Part shown: positions 23,701-39,955 of the stretch, piece by piece
How positions within the stretch are numbered: the first letter of the stretch is position 1
Layout: each line of letters starts with the position of its first letter
Source: an uncultured delta proteobacterium
GTDB taxonomy: Bacteria; Desulfobacterota; Binatia; UBA9968
Reading direction: 5' to 3'
Assembly: GCA_963745035.1 (NCBI GenBank)
Contig: CAVUVW010000013.1
Span: 1,536,001-1,600,000 of the forward strand
DNA length: 64,000 nucleotides
Program-made: the position numbers and the translations under genes
The notes under the pieces: model-generated
Database searches by the model: none
The model's input: only the letters and a program-made list of their open reading frames with translations
What the model was told of the DNA's origin: nothing

Positions 23701-26377
23701 TGCAGCTTCAATATTGGCGGAAGCAACTGGAGATGTGCCAGTCTTCGCTAAATCTGCCGATCGACCACCGCCGTCCTTCGTTGGTGAGCTACCGCGGGGC
23801 GAAGCAGTCCGTTGTGCTTTCCGCCGAGCTTACCAGACGGCTCAGGGAAATAGGCCGGCAGGAAGGCGCCACAACGTTTATGATTTTGCTCGCGGTTTTT
23901 ATCTTGCTGCTCTCGCCATGGCTGGCCAGCGAGATCTCATCGTGGGGGCTACGATCGCCGGCCGAAACCAGTCGGAAATCGAGAGATCGATAGGATTTTT
24001 TATTAACGTTTTGGCGCTTCGAGCGGAAATTCCGGCTGACATTACGTTCCTTGAGTTTATACAGCAGGTAAGGGAGACCTGCCTTGATGCGTATACTCAT
24101 CAAGACTTGCCTTTCGAAAAGATCATCGAAAAAGTCAAACCGGAACGCGAATTCGGCCGCCAACCGCTGGTGCAAATGTTGTTCAATTTGGCCGATACCT
24201 CAGAGCGGCTTCTCGCGCTGCCCCGCTGCGACGTCGTCAAGTTTGCGCCGTTCGCGCTCGCGGCAAAATATGAACTCGTGTTGTCTGCTCCCGAAGTCGA
24301 CGGGAAAATCCAATTGAATATTGTCTACAATACCGAGCTTTTCAGTGAAAGCCGGATCATTGCCATGCTGCGCCAATTTGAGTTCCTGTTGTCTCAGGTT
24401 TCATAGAACCCAACAGAAAGACTTGATCGATTATCGCTCGTCGCTCCATCTTCATGCAGCGATATTGCCGGACCCTAGGAAGGCTTGGGAGAAACCTGGC
24501 AGGGCCCGTGCATGACACAGTAGCGAGCATGGCTCTGCCGCCCCTAATCACCTGGCAGTTATCGATACGAACGGGTATTGGACCTACGCGGAGATCGACT
24601 CATAGCCGTCTGATTACCGCTTACCTGGCAGATATGGAAATTCAACCTCGAGACTTGGTCGCGGTCTATGCTCATCGAAGCGCGACCCTTGTGCCGATCT
24701 TACTAGGGATTTTGAAAGCGAGTGGGGTCTTCCTTATTCTGGATCCGGCATACCCGCTGCTCGGTTAATGGATCTTTACGTGTCGCTCGGCCAAGGGGCT
24801 GGATAGAAATGGCGGGGGCCGGCCCCCCGGCCAAGGAGCTGCCGATTACATCGACAAACTTGATTTACGCTGCCGGATGATCGTGCCAAATAGCAAACAC
24901 CAATGGCTAATCTGCTCCGGGAGATTCACCTCAAAAGGCATTTCCGGAAATTCTCGCAGACGTCCTGCATATGTCGCATTTACCTCCGGGGAGACTGGGG
25001 AACCCAAAGGGGTGTTATGCTGCCACGGGCCGATGACCCATTTCTTACCGTGGCAAGAAACGAGATTCATCACCGCTCGAACGATCGATTCTGTTTCTGT
25101 CTGGCCTTGCCTACAATTACTTGCAGCGCGAAATATTTACCGCGTTGTGGCTAGGAGCGACGGTATGTCTTCCCGGCCGGAAATCGTGGAATCCCGGCTC
25201 ACTAATAGATTGGTTACAGCAAAACGAAATCACAATTCTTCACCTCACCCCGGCTTTAGCGGAATTCTTAGGAACGTTCACGGGCCAGCTGTTAAACTCG
25301 GTGCGGCGTATTTTCTGTGGCGAGGATGTACTTACCAAACAAACGCTGGCCGTCCTCCGAAAGCTTGCCCCAACGCCAAGATCACAAATCTGTATGGCGT
25401 GACAGAGACCCAGCGTGCATCAGGATACTTCGAGATTCCAGAGGGGATTTTATCGCAAAACAGATGCAAAGGAAATTGTTCCACTAGGACGGGGGGTTGA
25501 AGATGTTCAGTTCCTGTTGTTAACACCGAATGGAAGATTGACTGGGATTGGCGAAATCTGCGAACTGTTTGTCCAGTCCACACCTTGCGTTGCGATATAT
25601 CAACGATGAGCAGCTCGCTCGGGAAAAATTTTTGGTCAATCCATTCGGAACGGCGGAGACCGATCGGATGTTCCAGCCGGGGAGATAGGTCGATATCTGC
25701 CAAATGGAGATGTCGAGAGGGTGGGACGCAACGACCACCAAGTCAACATCCGCGGTTTTCGCGTCGAACTCGAAGAAATTGAAACAATCCTAAAGCAGCA
25801 TCCAGTCGTCACCGACGCCGCCGTGATGATGCCGCCTTCCGAGACGGCGCCTGTAACAAAGAGGGCGAGATCTAAACCGTGCGAGAACCTGGTTGCATAC
25901 ATAGTTTCGAACGAAGAAGACTCCCAAAGCTTAAGGGACCTAGTTCATTCATATGTCCGGCTCGCCTCCCCGATATATGGTGCCTTCACGGCAAATCTAT
26001 TGCAAGCGATTTCCGCTAAATCCCAACGGCAAAGTAGATTATCGCGCGTTATCTGCGATTCCTCGACCCGAGGTTGAACTTTCCACGTCATCCATTGCGC
26101 CACGAAACCCTGTTGAAGCAAAAGTGTGTAATATTCTCGCTGAAGTGCTTGGCCAAACGAAGATTGGAATGGATGAGAACTTTTTCCGCCTCGGCGGACA
26201 TTCCTTGCTCGCAGTTCAAGCGGTCGTGCGTATCCAAGAGTCATTCGGCATTACATCGATTTGCGCGTGTTTCTCGATGCGTCACGATAGCGGCGCTCGC
26301 ATGGGAAATCGACCTTCGACTAAAAGCAAAAAGCGCGGCGCCAAATGAACAAGATAATGGCCGAGAGGAGATTGAGT

Positions 26378-26382
<5 letters not shown>
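17715..26382 (+). CDS. NRPS 1: A-T-C-A(Gly)-T-C-A-T with C-terminal REEIEL docking tail (heavily frameshifted)
   Basis: [30 protein letters not shown]; LSFAQERFW; [28 protein letters not shown]; LSFSQRRLW; [30 protein letters not shown]. Confidence 0.85.
21015..22959 (+). repeat. ~1.9 kb direct repeat, copy 1 (C-domain tail, A domain, half T domain)
   Basis: From AGTACAGCACCGACTTATTC to GGCGGACATTCCCTCCTGGCTACT, near-identical to 27773-29699. Confidence 0.9.
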
Positions 26383-31209
<4,827 letters not shown>

Positions 31210-31217
31210 CCGCGGTT

Positions 31218-32939
31218 ATGGGGGCTATCACTATGTTACACGCAATCTTGTACGGAATCGTGATGATTGTTTTGGTGGCATGTTCCGTGCCAAAATCAGC
31301 GACCTGGTTGCCGGACGAGCGTACCGGACTAGGTACGGGAGAGGGATCTTTGTTTTTCGGCAAGAGGCTTCCGATAATAGGTACGGGAAAGGGATTTCCG
31401 CTTTTCGATAACAGGCTTCTGATAAAAGGTATCGAGCGCGTAATTAAGCGGCCGCTCGACACGCATAATGTATCGAGCGGAGAATTTGATCTCTATTATT
31501 TTATTCGCAGGCCCGTTAACCGGAGGGGGGCTAAAACTGTTCTATTCATCGCGGGCGGGCCGGGGTTTTTTAATCCCGGACCCTTCGAGGATTTGACGAT
31601 GGCTGATTTCTTGCTCCAGAATGACGAATACAACGTGGTGCACTTTCATCCGCGAGGCGCAGGATTCAGCCAAGTTCCGCCGAACAATTATTATGACAGG
31701 TTCCTCAAGACTTCTTACGTTGTAGAAGATATCGAATCGATTCGCGAGGACTTAATCAGACTGGGATTTCTCGATCAGGACGGTCGATGGGACGCAGTTA
31801 TCGGCTACAGCTACGGTACCGTTGTGGCACAACAATATGCGGGCACGTATCCACATAACGTCAAAAAAATGCTTCTAATTGGAGTCCAATCGCGGCATCT
31901 GTTTGAGAGTACCAATGAAGCCTTTTCGCAAATTATGCTTGAGATTCGTGATACAAATCGCTATACGCTCGCGACAATTCTTCAGTCGTCGGCGTTTGAC
32001 GACATTCCGCAAGACGATAAACAACATGTTGTCGATCGTGTCTTCGGTATCGGTGAAACTGAGGGGGATTTTCAAAAGGCCGAAAGAATTTTCGGCGGTC
32101 TCCCTTTCCTGATTGCTTCTTTCTGTGAACCGGCGGTTGTGCAGGAACTAAAAAACTCTGGATTAGACCGATTTAGCAAGAAATTCTTTATCGCCCTTAG
32201 GGGATTGCGTCAAGTTGGTTGGAAGCCAACGTCTCCGGATCGGCGTGCTCAGATAGAATACGCGGGACAAATTTTGCGTGAGATTGGCGGGATTACGCCA
32301 GAGGGTGTTGACTGTTCGAGCACCCCTGGACTTGATGATACCGGATCATCGGATCGCGTTTTCTACATCGTAACGACATATGACGGTATAAATATAAGGT
32401 TACTGGACGCATTGCAGAAGAGCGAAAAAAAACACGTGCTTGACGCGCTTCATAGAAGTGGCGGCGAAGCTCATTTTACCAAGCGTATCAACAAATTTCT
32501 TAACAAGGTAGGAATCGCCGATGATGAAAAAATCGTACCGTGGAACCCGGCGAAGCATCAATATGATGGACCGACGATGATTTTGCAGGGAAGCGCTGAT
32601 ACCGTAGGCGCGGGGGGAGCGGCCGAGCACTTTTTCAGCAATGCCCTTACGGGCGTACGTGTACTTATAAAGTATCCAGGCATCGGACACGAGTACCGGC
32701 TTCCGTTAATGTTTCTTAGATCGCTGCCTAAAACTTTTCCGAGTTCCGACCTGTGCGAGTTGGACGATGAAATCCGAGGAATTCGAGATTGCCTAATTTA
32801 TTCTTTTCTAAAAATGAGCCCTAAGGACTTTATCGATTCTTGTGTTAACAAGATTCTGCCTGTCATTATTGAGGACAAAGCGAGTGTGTTCTTCAAGGAC
32901 TCATCTAGCTCCAAGACTATTGCTGGCACATGTCCGTGA
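31218..32939 (+). CDS. Alpha/beta hydrolase, S33 (prolyl aminopeptidase/TAP-like), probable lipoprotein
   Basis: AGGPG oxyanion loop, HPRGAGFS, GYSYG nucleophile, QGSAD Asp, PGIGH His; hydrophobic N-terminus ending VLVAC; starts 8 bp after NRPS 2 stop. Confidence 0.75.
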   Translation: MGAITMLHAILYGIVMIVLVACSVPKSATWLPDERTGLGTGEGSLFFGKRLPIIGTGKGFPLFDNRLLIKGIERVIKRPLDTHNVSSGEFDLYYFIRRPVNRRGAKTVLFIAGGPGFFNPGPFEDLTMADFLLQNDEYNVVHFHPRGAGFSQVPPNNYYDRFLKTSYVVEDIESIREDLIRLGFLDQDGRWDAVIGYSYGTVVAQQYAGTYPHNVKKMLLIGVQSRHLFESTNEAFSQIMLEIRDTNRYTLATILQSSAFDDIPQDDKQHVVDRVFGIGETEGDFQKAERIFGGLPFLIASFCEPAVVQELKNSGLDRFSKKFFIALRGLRQVGWKPTSPDRRAQIEYAGQILREIGGITPEGVDCSSTPGLDDTGSSDRVFYIVTTYDGINIRLLDALQKSEKKHVLDALHRSGGEAHFTKRINKFLNKVGIADDEKIVPWNPAKHQYDGPTMILQGSADTVGAGGAAEHFFSNALTGVRVLIKYPGIGHEYRLPLMFLRSLPKTFPSSDLCELDDEIRGIRDCLIYSFLKMSPKDFIDSCVNKILPVIIEDKASVFFKDSSSSKTIAGTCP

Positions 32940-32970
32940 GCGAAAGCCTTTCGGAGTGACATTTTTACAG

Positions 32971-32999
32971 TTGACAAGGATAGAGCAATTCGTTATGCG
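32971..32999 (+). promoter_or_regulatory. Putative sigma-70 promoter for the small ORF
   Basis: TTGACA-17 nt-TATGCG; perfect -35, weak -10. Confidence 0.35.
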
Positions 33000-33034
33000 T
33001 AAGAAAACTTTCTTTGCGTGAAAGGAGCAACGTT

Positions 33035-33277
33035 ATGGGATTCGCCGCTGGCTTGTTAGCTGAGTCCCCCGCTGAGGAGGCCGTATTCTGGCAAACTTGG
33101 AACGCCATGCCTAGGCAAGAACGGCGAACGTTTCTCAAGCGGCTCGGAAGGGAAAGGGGCAGGCTCATAAATAATAGGGAGGCGCGACAAGAGCTAGCCA
33201 AATTCGTGAGGGAGAATGTGTTTCAGAGGCTGACCGACCGCGGTACTCGCGGTACTAGGGGCAAACGACGACGATAG
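33035..33277 (+). CDS. Small basic hypothetical protein (80 aa)
   Basis: AAGGAG RBS before ATG 33035; MGFAAGLLAESPAEEAVFWQTWNAMP...RGTRGTRGKRRR. Confidence 0.55.
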   Translation: MGFAAGLLAESPAEEAVFWQTWNAMPRQERRTFLKRLGRERGRLINNREARQELAKFVRENVFQRLTDRGTRGTRGKRRR

Positions 33278-33456
33278 CTTCTCAGAATCGCATTTTTCGA
33301 GATCTCCATACTGCTAATCGAACAGTCCAGCTCAGGAGAATCACCGACTGCTTCCTCTCCAGCCGCGTGGCTCCTCCGTGTTGCGTTCGTGAACAAGATC
33401 TTCGATAAGAGAAAATTACCCTTCTAAAAACGCGTAGGTCGGTGTCACAGACGTCA

Positions 33457-33730
33457 AGCGTCGAGTAGAATCGACGCTATTGACCGCGTTGAGTTGTTCC
33501 AGTGATGCTTCTTTCGGGCGTCTTCGACCATACACCGTTCAATTTCACCAACGACTTTGTCGATGGTTTTGCCGTCAAACGAACTCTCTTTTTTTCACTG
33601 GTTGTCTCGATGCTCTGGCTCGGCAGATCTAACTGATCGCTACCTATCGTCAGGCCTCTGATCGATGCGACGAGCCGTTTCACTTCATTTTCTAGTTGCC
33701 GCCCGTTTCCCAGGCACGAGCAATTTTTAA
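33457..33730 (-). pseudogene. Remnant of a sigma-54-dependent activator (AAA+ C7 motif plus Fis-HTH start)
   Basis: LGNGRQLENEVKRLVAS resembles WPGNVRELEN; shifted frame IDKVVGEIERCMVEDARKKHHWN resembles the HTH_8 lead-in; no N-terminal part. Confidence 0.6.
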
Positions 33731-34140
33731 CTATAGCGCCATTCCCTTTTAAGTTGCTCACCTTAATGTCCGGCGCCGTGGACTCCGCCGTGATGTCGCG
33801 TAATGCAAGCCTGCGGGTGCATTCGGCTTTGCGCCGAAGTTAGCGAAAGCTCGTTTTGCGTCGGGACGGCTACATGATACTTGGATCTCACATTGTTTCT
33901 CCATCGCTCGTCGTTAGACGACTGCAACCCAAGATGTACTGACACGCCTACGTTAGACCGGAGGGTGTCAACAAAAGTGGCGGTCCGTAAGCTTAGTTGA
34001 CGACCGATTACGTTTTCACTGGATGAACCGCATTTTCCGGTACCCAAGCTATTGAAAACACGCTGCGATGGTTCTTCATTGTGCGCCCAAAAGACTGGCC
34101 TCCGCTTTGCTCCGCGAAAGTTTCAGAGGAGTTTAAGCCG

Positions 34141-34611
34141 ATGCCCAAAACAATTCTTGTTGTAATGAAATTACAAAAGAATGTTGAGCTTTTGCTGCGC
34201 CGACTGGAAAGAGCAGTAAAGCCCGGCAATCGAATCGTGTTTCTCTTCGAATACCAGCAGGATGTTCCCACTTGGCTGTTGGCCCAGGTCACAGCGCTGC
34301 AAACGGGCTGCGACACGGGAATCGCATGGCAGGAGCAGAGGGCATGGCTTTCATGGGACGAGCAAAAAGCACGTGCGGAAAAAAATATCGGCGAACCGGC
34401 GCGCCGACTATTCAGCCGGATCAGGGTGGAAGTCGTGGTGGATCTTTATTCGCGCTCTCTGAGTGCTATCGTGAAGCGCTATTTGGAAACTGGCGAGATC
34501 GGGCTAATTCTGGTGACGACCTCCTCCTGGCTGGAACGGCTGAAGATCGTGCCGATCAGCGTAAGGAACTGGCTTGTTCGGCAGCTGCCCGAGCAATTCT
34601 CTTTGCGCTGA
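34141..34611 (+). CDS. Hypothetical protein, weakly universal-stress-protein-like
   Basis: KTILVV beta strand, RIVFL, VEVVVDLYS...IGLILV pattern resembles the USP fold. Confidence 0.45.
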   Translation: MPKTILVVMKLQKNVELLLRRLERAVKPGNRIVFLFEYQQDVPTWLLAQVTALQTGCDTGIAWQEQRAWLSWDEQKARAEKNIGEPARRLFSRIRVEVVVDLYSRSLSAIVKRYLETGEIGLILVTTSSWLERLKIVPISVRNWLVRQLPEQFSLR

Positions 34612-34640
34612 TCGGCCGGTTAACCCTAATTGGCCGGTCA
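34609..34640. terminator. Hairpin between convergent genes
   Basis: TGATCGGCCGGTTA-ACCC-TAATTGGCCGGTCA stem-loop with G-U pairs. Confidence 0.45.
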
Positions 34641-34806
34641 CCCTAAACCCAATCTCTTCAATTTCTTTGCCAACCCTTGGCGGCTAAGGCCCAGCGCTTG
34701 AGCCGTTTTTTGCTTGTTCCAATGATGCTTTTTCAGAGCGTCTTGGATAATGCGCCGTTCGATTTCACCAATGACTTCGACGAAACTCGCCACGCCGCCA
34801 TCTATC

Positions 34807-35355
34807 CTAGTCTCTAATCTCGTACTCGCGATCGTTGAGAAGAAACTTGCCGGTAACGGTCATGCGTTTACGCATCGAGTTGACCGTGTGACAGCCCTTA
34901 TCGGCGAGCTGCGCAACTTGAATAACCCTTTCCACCGGCGCAGCGGTTTTGATGCTGAAAAGATAACTCAGTCCCCGCGCGGCCCGTGAGAAATCTTTGA
35001 GCGGAAACTTACCGGTCAGATCGTAGGTCATGCGCAGATCCATCTCGAGATCGTCCAGGAGAACCTCCGCATTTGCGGCCAGGCGTTTGAACTGGCTGAA
35101 CATGCAAAAACCGATCGAGGCGATGAAATATTGGAGCGCCGACGGGCGCTTCCCCGCCTGTTTTTTGAAGTTCTCGTCGTCGCAATAAACCGTGTAGTCT
35201 TCGGGTTGCTCGATCTTGACCAGCGCTTCGTTTAGACGAATGAGCGCGCGCTGCTGCAGGAGATAGCCGTCCGAGTCACCGGAACCATGCTCCCGCTCTT
35301 CCTCATAAACGACCCGAAACTTTCCGAGATCGATGGTTCCCGGAACGGTGGGCAT
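34807..35355 (-). CDS. OsmC/Ohr-family protein
   Basis: PSALQYFIASIGFC ... ADKGCHTVNS two-Cys pattern; starts 3 bp after the Mo-enzyme gene. Confidence 0.75.
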   Translation of the reverse strand: MPTVPGTIDLGKFRVVYEEEREHGSGDSDGYLLQQRALIRLNEALVKIEQPEDYTVYCDDENFKKQAGKRPSALQYFIASIGFCMFSQFKRLAANAEVLLDDLEMDLRMTYDLTGKFPLKDFSRAARGLSYLFSIKTAAPVERVIQVAQLADKGCHTVNSMRKRMTVTGKFLLNDREYEIRD

Positions 35356-35358
35356 GAA

Positions 35359-37585
35359 TCACTTCGCGCCGTGCAGCGCTTGGTAAATCTTTTCCGCCGT
35401 GATCGGCAGGCTCTTGATGCGCACGCCGCAGGCGTCTTCCACCGCATTGGCGATCGCCGCCGCCGTCGGGATATTGCCGGTCTCGCCGATCGGCATGCTG
35501 TCGTAAGGCCCGGCGCCGTGCGGCTCTTGAGTCACCGAGCCTCTGAATACGGGGACATCCTTGATCGTCGGGATTTTGTATTCACCGAAATGAGTCGTTG
35601 CGACTTTGCCGTCGTTGATGATCACTTCTTCCATCAAGGTGTAGCCGATGCCGGTCATGCTGGCGCCTTCGATCTGCCCCTGATGCATCAGCGGATTGAG
35701 CACCGTGCCGGTGTTATGGGTCGAAGTGAATTTCTTGAGCTCGACCTGTCCGGTTTCCGGATCGACTTCCACCTCCGCCACCTGGACGCACATGGAGGCC
35801 GCGTGGATTTTCGAATTGTCGTTGAAGGTCGCATCGACGGCGATCGGCGAGCCCTTGGCTTTGACGATTTCGCCATAGGTCAAGCGTCTTTCCATGCGCG
35901 GGTGCAGCGCTGCGCCTTTGGCCAAGGTGATTTGATCGGGCGCCGCGCCCATTTGCTCCGCCGCCGCCTGCTTTATCGCTTCGACCGCTTTGAGCGCCGC
36001 CGCGTAACCGGCGTTGCCGTAAACCCGCGTCGCCCGGCTGCCGCCGACACCGGTGTCTTTTACACCGGTCTGGGTGTCCAGTTGCTGAGTCTTGATCTGG
36101 CTAAGCGGGATCTTGAGCTCTTCGGCGACGATTTCGCTGAGAATCGTGTAGGTGCCCGCGCCTTGATCCGCCATCGCGGAGGAAATCGTCGCAACACCGC
36201 TCTCATCGAGCGAGATCGCTACCGTTCCGATGCCCCCGGCTGGCGTCCACTGTACTAGAGCAACGCCGCGCCCGACGTTCTTCGGCTTTGGCCGTTGGTA
36301 GCCCGAATCCTCCAGCGCCTTTTTCAGCGTCTCGTCGGTCTTGATGTAGCTGTACTCCTCGCCGGTAGGATCGATATCGCCGTCGTGCATGAAATTTTTC
36401 TGCCGCAGCTTGATCGGGTCCATACCCAGTCGCTTCGCGATCAGATCCATCTGGCTCTCGTTGGCGAAAAATCCCTGGGGATCGCCGGGCGAGCGCATAT
36501 GGCCGCAGGGAATTTTGTTCGTATAGACCATATGCTCTTCGAGGAATACATGGGGGATCTTGTAAGGCCCCGCCGACAGGTGCGGGCCGTTGAGAAAAGC
36601 GTTGGGCTTGAACGCGCCGTAGGCGCCGCTGTCGAAGATGAAATTCATGTGATGAGCGACTAGCGTCCCATCCTTTTTCACGCCGGTCTTCACTTGAATG
36701 ATCGAAGCATGCCGTGGATTTCCGGCGACAAACTCCTCTTCGTAGTCCATCACCAGCTTAACCGGGCGGCCGGCTTTTTTGGACAGCAGATACACCACGG
36801 CGAGATCCATGAAATCGCCCTTGCCGCCGAAATCGCCACCGATGTAGACGGGATTGAAGTTGAGCTTCTCCTGCGGCAGCTTGAGCGCGTTGGCGACCTG
36901 CTCGCGCACGCCGTACGGCACCTTGCTGCACGACCAGAACTCCGCCGAGCCGTCCGGCGCGGTGCTGACGACACAGGAGTGCGGCTCGATGTAGCTTTGA
37001 TGAACCACCGGCGTGGTAAATGTGTTTTCGACGATGATGTCGGCTTGGCGAAAACCGGTTTCCAGATCGCCCTTGCCCCAAGTCACGTAAACAAAATCAT
37101 TGGTCGGCTCTTTTAGGGGCTTGGGCAACCCCTTATAGGTAGTCACCTCTGGATGAAGCAATTTCGCGCCGGGTTTGAGCGCCTCGACCGGATCGAGCAA
37201 CGGTTGGGTTTCTTCGTATTCTATTTCGATTAGATTGAGCGCCTCCTCGGCGATAAGCTCGTCGTCCGCCGCCACCGCCGCCACTTTCTCCCCAATAAAT
37301 CGCACTTCGCCGTCCGCCAGAATCGGCATGTCGTATAGCCGCCGGCCGATTTTCAAGCCGGTACAGTCTTGGCCGGTGATCACCGCGCGCACGCCAGCAA
37401 GCGCCTCTGCTTTACTGGTGTCGATCCGCTTGATCTTGCCCGAAGGCGATCGGGCTGCGCAGCAGTTTCCCCCACACCATTCCCGGCACCGTGATGTCGA
37501 CGGCGTACTTCGCCTCGCCGCTGACTTTCAGCTCGCCTTCGACTCTGGGAGTTGGATTGCCTACGACTTGTTTCGACGATGCCAT
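35359..37585 (-). CDS. Xanthine dehydrogenase family molybdopterin-binding (CoxL-like) subunit (frameshift near 37440)
   Basis: KVSGEAKY, LLRSP, VRFIGEKVAAV, IGGDFGGKG, DQGAG, GGSR, VEVDPETG, GQIEG, IGE, AIANA. Confidence 0.9.
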
Positions 37586-37676
37586 CAGTAAACCTCCTGC
37601 CACCGCAAATTGTTTAGGATGATGCGCTGCGCTTGGTCGTGACCCGATTCAGGCCGTCCGATGCGCAGTGAAGAGC

Positions 37677-37752
37677 TGGCTCCCCGGGAGGGACTCGAAC
37701 CCCCGACCAATTGGTTAACAGCCAACTGCTCTACCGACTGAGCTACCGGGGA
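37677..37752 (-). tRNA. tRNA-Asn (GTT)
   Basis: TCCCCGGTAGCTCAGTCGGTAGAGCAGTTGGCTGTTAACCAATTGGTCGGGGGTTCGAGTCCCTCCCGGGGAGCCA; cloverleaf with encoded CCA. Confidence 0.97.
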
Positions 37753-37904
37753 AATGCATTTTCTTACAAGCAGCCTATTTTACAGACACACGCGATGAAG
37801 CGAGATTCTAGTTACAGCGAAGGGCTAGTAGAAGGTGAACCTAGGAGCAGACAGCGGCCATCTTTCTGGAAACCTGCGCGGATTCATTCGAATTCTCAGT
37901 TTAA

Positions 37905-38370
37905 CTAAGACCCAAGCTTCATCAGCTCCTCGAGCATCCTTTGATGATGCGTCGCCGGCCAGTAGACGCGGCGACAAGTCGGGCATGAGAAGAATTTCTC
38001 CTGCGATGAAAAGACATAGGGCGGGACAACTTTCTCCAAGGATTCCTTTGGCTTGGACTGGAGCACGAGCGTTGCATTCGATGCAGCGGGTAAACAAGTC
38101 GTCTCCCAATTTAAGGCCGCACTGGCTGACTACTTGGCGCAACTGGTCGCGATAGTGGTCGCTTTCGATGAATAAATAGGGCGGCGGCTGCTTCTGTTTC
38201 AAGCCGCGGTCGCGAGTGAGTATCAGGCGATTCTCGGCGCGCGCCGCCCGAATCAAGCCGTAGCCCGTCAAGTGCGGTCCGTAGATCACGTCCTGACCGA
38301 CGATACGGAGCCATTTCACAAGCCTGCCAAGCATCCGGTCGGCGGCGAATTTCACTTCGTTTGCTGCCAA
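37905..38370 (-). CDS. Mut7-C RNase domain (PIN/DUF82) protein, frameshifted
   Basis: FAADRMLGRLVKWLR, LILTRD, FTRCIECN, second CxxC and YW motif in shifted frame. Confidence 0.85.
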
Positions 38371-38427
38371 TTTATTCTCATTTTGATTGATCGGCTACGC
38401 TAAGCCATTACCATATTGACCTACAAC

Positions 38428-39882
38428 ATGCTTGTGAAGCGATCCATCGGTTTGGCCATCGTGCTTTTTTGGTGCGTGATGAATGTTCTCTTCATCAAGC
38501 GCCAGATTGAAGCGCCACCGCCGATCATCACAGTTCGCGGCACGGAAAAAATCACCGAGGATATCGAAGAATGGTGGGGCGTTTTTTTCCGCGGCGAGAA
38601 GATCGGCTACGCGTCGCAAACGATCACGCCGAAGACAAAAGGTTACAAGCTCTCCGACCGATCGGTGCTCAATCTGAATCTCATGGGGACCATGCAGCCG
38701 GCTACGACTCGTCTCGAAATGGAGGCCAATGAGGATTGGATTCTCGAAACGATTCGATTTCGAGCTCGCTTCCAAAGAAATTCGTTTCGCGGCGCGCGGA
38801 GCGGTCCATGAAAACAAGCTTAAATTGGAAATAGAGTCGGCCGGGCACAAGTCATCCCGCGAGCTTGTCTTGCCCCAGGCTCCCTACCTGCTTGCGGCTT
38901 TGAAACCGTACGTCGTCACCCAGCAACTGGAAACCGGAAAGAAATTCCTGTTCTCGACCTTCGACCCGTCGACGCTTTCGCAACAGGTTACCACCGTCGT
39001 GATCGAAGGCCGCGAGCAAATCCGCGTAGGCAATCGCAGCGAGGCAGCGATCCGCCTGCGCCAGAGTTTCCGCGGCATCTCGGTTGTGTCCTGGGTCGAC
39101 GGTCACGGTCGCACCCTCAAGGAAGAATCGCCGGCGGGCTTGTCGCTCGTGCGTCAAGACGCTCAAGAGGCGAAAACCTTACCAGGTCGCGCGGTAACCC
39201 TCGACATCGTCGCGCAAACTGCCATTCCGCTGGCGACGCCGCTCACCGATCCGCAAACAAGGGACGCAATTCGGCTCAAACTAAGCGGGGTCGATCTGGC
39301 CAATTTTCCGCTTAACGGCGGGCGGCAAAAACTCCAAGGCGACCAAATCGAAATTCGCCGGGAAAAGTTCAACGGGGTCGTCGCACAGAAAATCCCGGTG
39401 AAAGAAGCGCGACTGGCGTCCTTCTTACAACCCACGCCTTTTCTGCAAACCGATCATCCCGACATCCACGCGCTCGCGCGAAGATTACCGATGGCGAACC
39501 CAACGCCTACAGAGCCGCAGCTGAAAATCAAAGACTGGGTCTACAGGGAAATCTCCAAGGCGCCGACCGTGAGCATTCCCAATGCCCTGGAAGTTCTTCA
39601 GACCAGGAAAGGCGACTGCAACGAGCACACGGTCTTATTCAACGCATTGGCGCGGGCCGCCGGCATCCCCGCCAAAACCGTGGTCGGCGTCGTTCATCAT
39701 GCGCGGCGCTTTTTATTATCACGCCTGGTCCGAGATCTGGCTCGGCGAGTGGATCTCGCTCGATTCGGTATTGAATCAATTTCCGGCCGACGTGACCCAC
39801 ATCAAATTTCTCGAGGGCGAGATCGACCGGCAAATCGACCTGCTGCAACTGATCGGCAATCTTGAAAATCGAAGTCCTGTAG
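38428..39882 (+). CDS. Transglutaminase-like domain protein with N-terminal anchor (frameshifts)
   Basis: GDCNEH, LARAAGIPAK, YYHAWSE, WISLD giving a Cys-His-Asp triad. Confidence 0.85.
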
Positions 39883-39915
39883 ATAGGTCATCATTTTAGT
39901 TTCTGGAACGAAAAT

Positions 39916-39955
39916 TCTCCAATCCAAAATCGGCAATCCAAAATCTAAGATCGAA
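39916..39955. repeat. Heptamer tandem repeat (AATCCAA-type)
   Basis: AATCCAA-AATCGGC-AATCCAA-AATCTAA-GATCGAA immediately before the ABC start codon. Confidence 0.6.

Noticed and set aside
33035-33277. MbtH-like protein or RiPP precursor
   Set aside because: Lacks the MbtH SxWP/PxGW/WTDxRP motifs and any leader/core pattern or RiPP enzymes nearby
33763-34047. 94-aa minus-strand ORF
   Set aside because: No RBS, motif or family resemblance; probably non-coding or decayed
34807-35355. Second selenoprotein in the OsmC gene
   Set aside because: Both redox positions are Cys codons; no in-frame TGA
35359-37585. Aerobic CO dehydrogenase
   Set aside because: Active-site loop is GHMRSPG and there are no coxM/coxS genes
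37677-37752. tRNA-Asn as island integration site
   Set aside because: No duplicate of its 3' end or adjacent integrase seen; the island borders map to the osmC-like gene
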